A DNA stretch of 64,000 nt from a virus (taxonomy: Duplodnaviria > Caudoviricetes). Position numbers and translations under genes: made by a program. The notes under the pieces are model-generated. The model was given only the letters and a program-made list of their open reading frames with translations. It had not been told where the DNA came from and did no database searches. The stretch spans positions 1 to 64,000 of the IMG/VR virus record IMGVR_UViG_3300020048_000007; one strand, 5' to 3'. This document shows, in pieces, positions 62,568 through 64,000 of this stretch (positions within the stretch are counted from its first letter, which is position 1; the number at the start of each line of letters is the position of its first letter).

Positions 62568-64000
62568 TCATTCTCCTATGAGCTTGTTGTATTTCTCTTC
62601 GAGCTCGTTGTATTTGACGCTTAATTCTTTTATGGCTTCCAAAAGTAAGCTAGCCATATTGCCGTAAGCCAGTGATTTAATACCATCGTGTTCTTTCACA
62701 AGATCTGGTAGCACTTTCTCAACCTCTTGCGCTATAAATCCTAAGCTATGGATACCGGTATCTTTCCAGTCAAATTCAACACCTCGTAGCTTGTTAACTT
62801 TTTCAAGAGCATCTTCAATTGTCGAGATATTTTCCTTTAATCTTTCGTCCGAGTTCGCGATGATATTACCACCAGCTGTGAAATCACCGGTCGCAGGGTT
62901 AAAAGTAAGCTTAGTCGATGAAACATTAGCTGTCGATACAGAACCAGTGGTGGCGTTTGTAAAAATCAGATATCGCGTGGCGGCGGTTGTTGTATCATCT
63001 GCAATTGTTAAGCCGCCTGTGATGTCCGTCAAGAATGCCACTGTCTGACGGGTAGTCGATGGTGTGAAAAAAAGCCTTGTTCCGTTGAATTCCATATTGC
63101 CAGCAGCTGCGGTCGTCATATTCGTGCCGCTGGTAAACCTCAAAGGTCCAGTGGTAGCGTTACCAGCAGCAAGATTGACCACTTTTGACGATAAAGTCTC
63201 AGTACCAGCTAGCGTCGCCAAAGTACCACTCGTCGGGAGAGTAACTGAAGTGATCCCGGTAGCAACAAATGTTCGAGCAAAAGCACCAGAGTGTGTGACG
63301 TTACCAGCCATTGTTAAGGTAAAGCCAGTATTCGCGATCCCTGTGCCGCCGTACTGACCGGGAATCACATTCCCGTTCCAGGTCGTGTTGGTCGACATGG
63401 TTTTATTTGTGAATGATTCGATGCCCGCCAGAGTCGCTAAAGTTCCAGTAGTGGGTAATGTGACCGATGTTGTACCGGTGGCTGTCAATGTACGGGCAAA
63501 CGCCCCAGCGTGAGAAACATTACCAGCCATCGTTAGAGTGAAGCCGGTATTTGCTATGCCAGTACCGCCATATTGACCGGGAATCACATTACCGTTCCAA
63601 GTAGTGTTGGTCGATAATGTTTTATTAGTAAAAGACTCTATGCCAGTTAAAGTAGCGAGAGTACCGGTAGTGGGAAGTGTTACACTAGTATTAGCCGTAG
63701 AGGTTAAGGTCGTAGTGAAAGCACCAGAAGTGGTTAGATTTCCTTCGAGTGACAATTTAGAAGGGTTTGCAGAAATAGCTAGAGTGCTAGTAGAAGAAAT
63801 AGCCGCTGATACCCATTTATAACCTCCAGCTATCGTCTGGACTGGCGAAGATTTGCTAACTGTAGTGTTATCACCAAGCTGCCCGGAGGTGTTTATGCCC
63901 CATGCCCATAATGTCCCATCAGACTCTATCGCTATAGTCGATTTTCCACCCATGAACACACCAGACCAAGATCCTCTGATTATCGTCTGTACAGGTGAAG
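62568..64000 (-). CDS. Tail fibre (partial; 5' end beyond the window): RCC1 repeats + Thr/Gly fibre repeats + C-terminal S74 intramolecular chaperone
   Basis: The frame is open to the window edge (SPVQTIIRGSWSGVFM); SDERLKENISTIEDALEKVNKLRGVEFDWK...GFIAQEVEKVLPDLV plus a terminal coiled coil. Confidence 0.88.
   Translation of the reverse strand, partial: SPVQTIIRGSWSGVFMGGKSTIAIESDGTLWAWGINTSGQLGDNTTVSKSSPVQTIAGGYKWVSAAISSTSTLAISANPSKLSLEGNLTTSGAFTTTLTSTANTSVTLPTTGTLATLTGIESFTNKTLSTNTTWNGNVIPGQYGGTGIANTGFTLTMAGNVSHAGAFARTLTATGTTSVTLPTTGTLATLAGIESFTNKTMSTNTTWNGNVIPGQYGGTGIANTGFTLTMAGNVTHSGAFARTFVATGITSVTLPTSGTLATLAGTETLSSKVVNLAAGNATTGPLRFTSGTNMTTAAAGNMEFNGTRLFFTPSTTRQTVAFLTDITGGLTIADDTTTAATRYLIFTNATTGSVSTANVSSTKLTFNPATGDFTAGGNIIANSDERLKENISTIEDALEKVNKLRGVEFDWKDTGIHSLGFIAQEVEKVLPDLVKEHDGIKSLAYGNMASLLLEAIKELSVKYNELEEKYNKLIGE
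63190..63750 (-). repeat. 219-bp (73-aa) internal repeat, about 2.5 copies
   Basis: CCGGGAATCACATT occurs at 63358 and 63577 (219 nt apart); unit NGNVIPGQYGGTGIANTGFTLTMAGNV...TSVTLPTTGTLATL.GIESFTNKT.STNTTW. Confidence 0.9.

Noticed and set aside
55785-64000. Diversity-generating retroelement acting on the RCC1 repeats
   Set aside because: No reverse transcriptase or non-coding template repeat in the window. The near-identical copies are all in-frame coding blades and the mismatches are not adenine-specific.

Overview
This 64 kb window is a gene-dense segment of a large (jumbo/huge) tailed phage genome, most likely a myovirus, read in the standard genetic code. I found no rRNA, tRNA, CRISPR array, integrase or transposase. 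Content: (i) virion structural genes, namely a P2-gpI-like baseplate protein, tail-fibre anchor-type proteins, LamG/collagen proteins, four RCC1-repeat beta-propeller proteins, a tail fibre with a C-terminal S74 chaperone, and several acidic or basic candidate head-internal proteins; (ii) an unusually large glycan and modification toolkit interleaved with those genes: about nine glycosyltransferase-like ORFs, bifunctional HldE, TPR-GT9, a sulfotransferase, SAM methyltransferases and a CapK/PaaK-like ligase; (iii) nucleotide and DNA enzymes: adenosine deaminase, Nudix hydrolase, a dTMP kinase-dUTPase fusion, RarA, a thermonuclease and an HNH protein; (iv) two proteases, one papain-like and one Nal1/trypsin-like. 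The most notable observations are a 638-aa, insertion-riddled sigma70-like factor among head-type genes; an HldE + TPR-GT9 + sulfotransferase operon translationally coupled to Ser/Thr-rich RCC1 tail proteins (candidate virion protein heptosylation system); and a kb-scale sawtooth A+C/G+T strand skew that ignores gene orientation and flips at a recurring AAAT(A/C)TAT promoter-like motif. All family assignments come from motif recognition by eye, not from database searches. A Planctomycetota-like host is only a weak inference.
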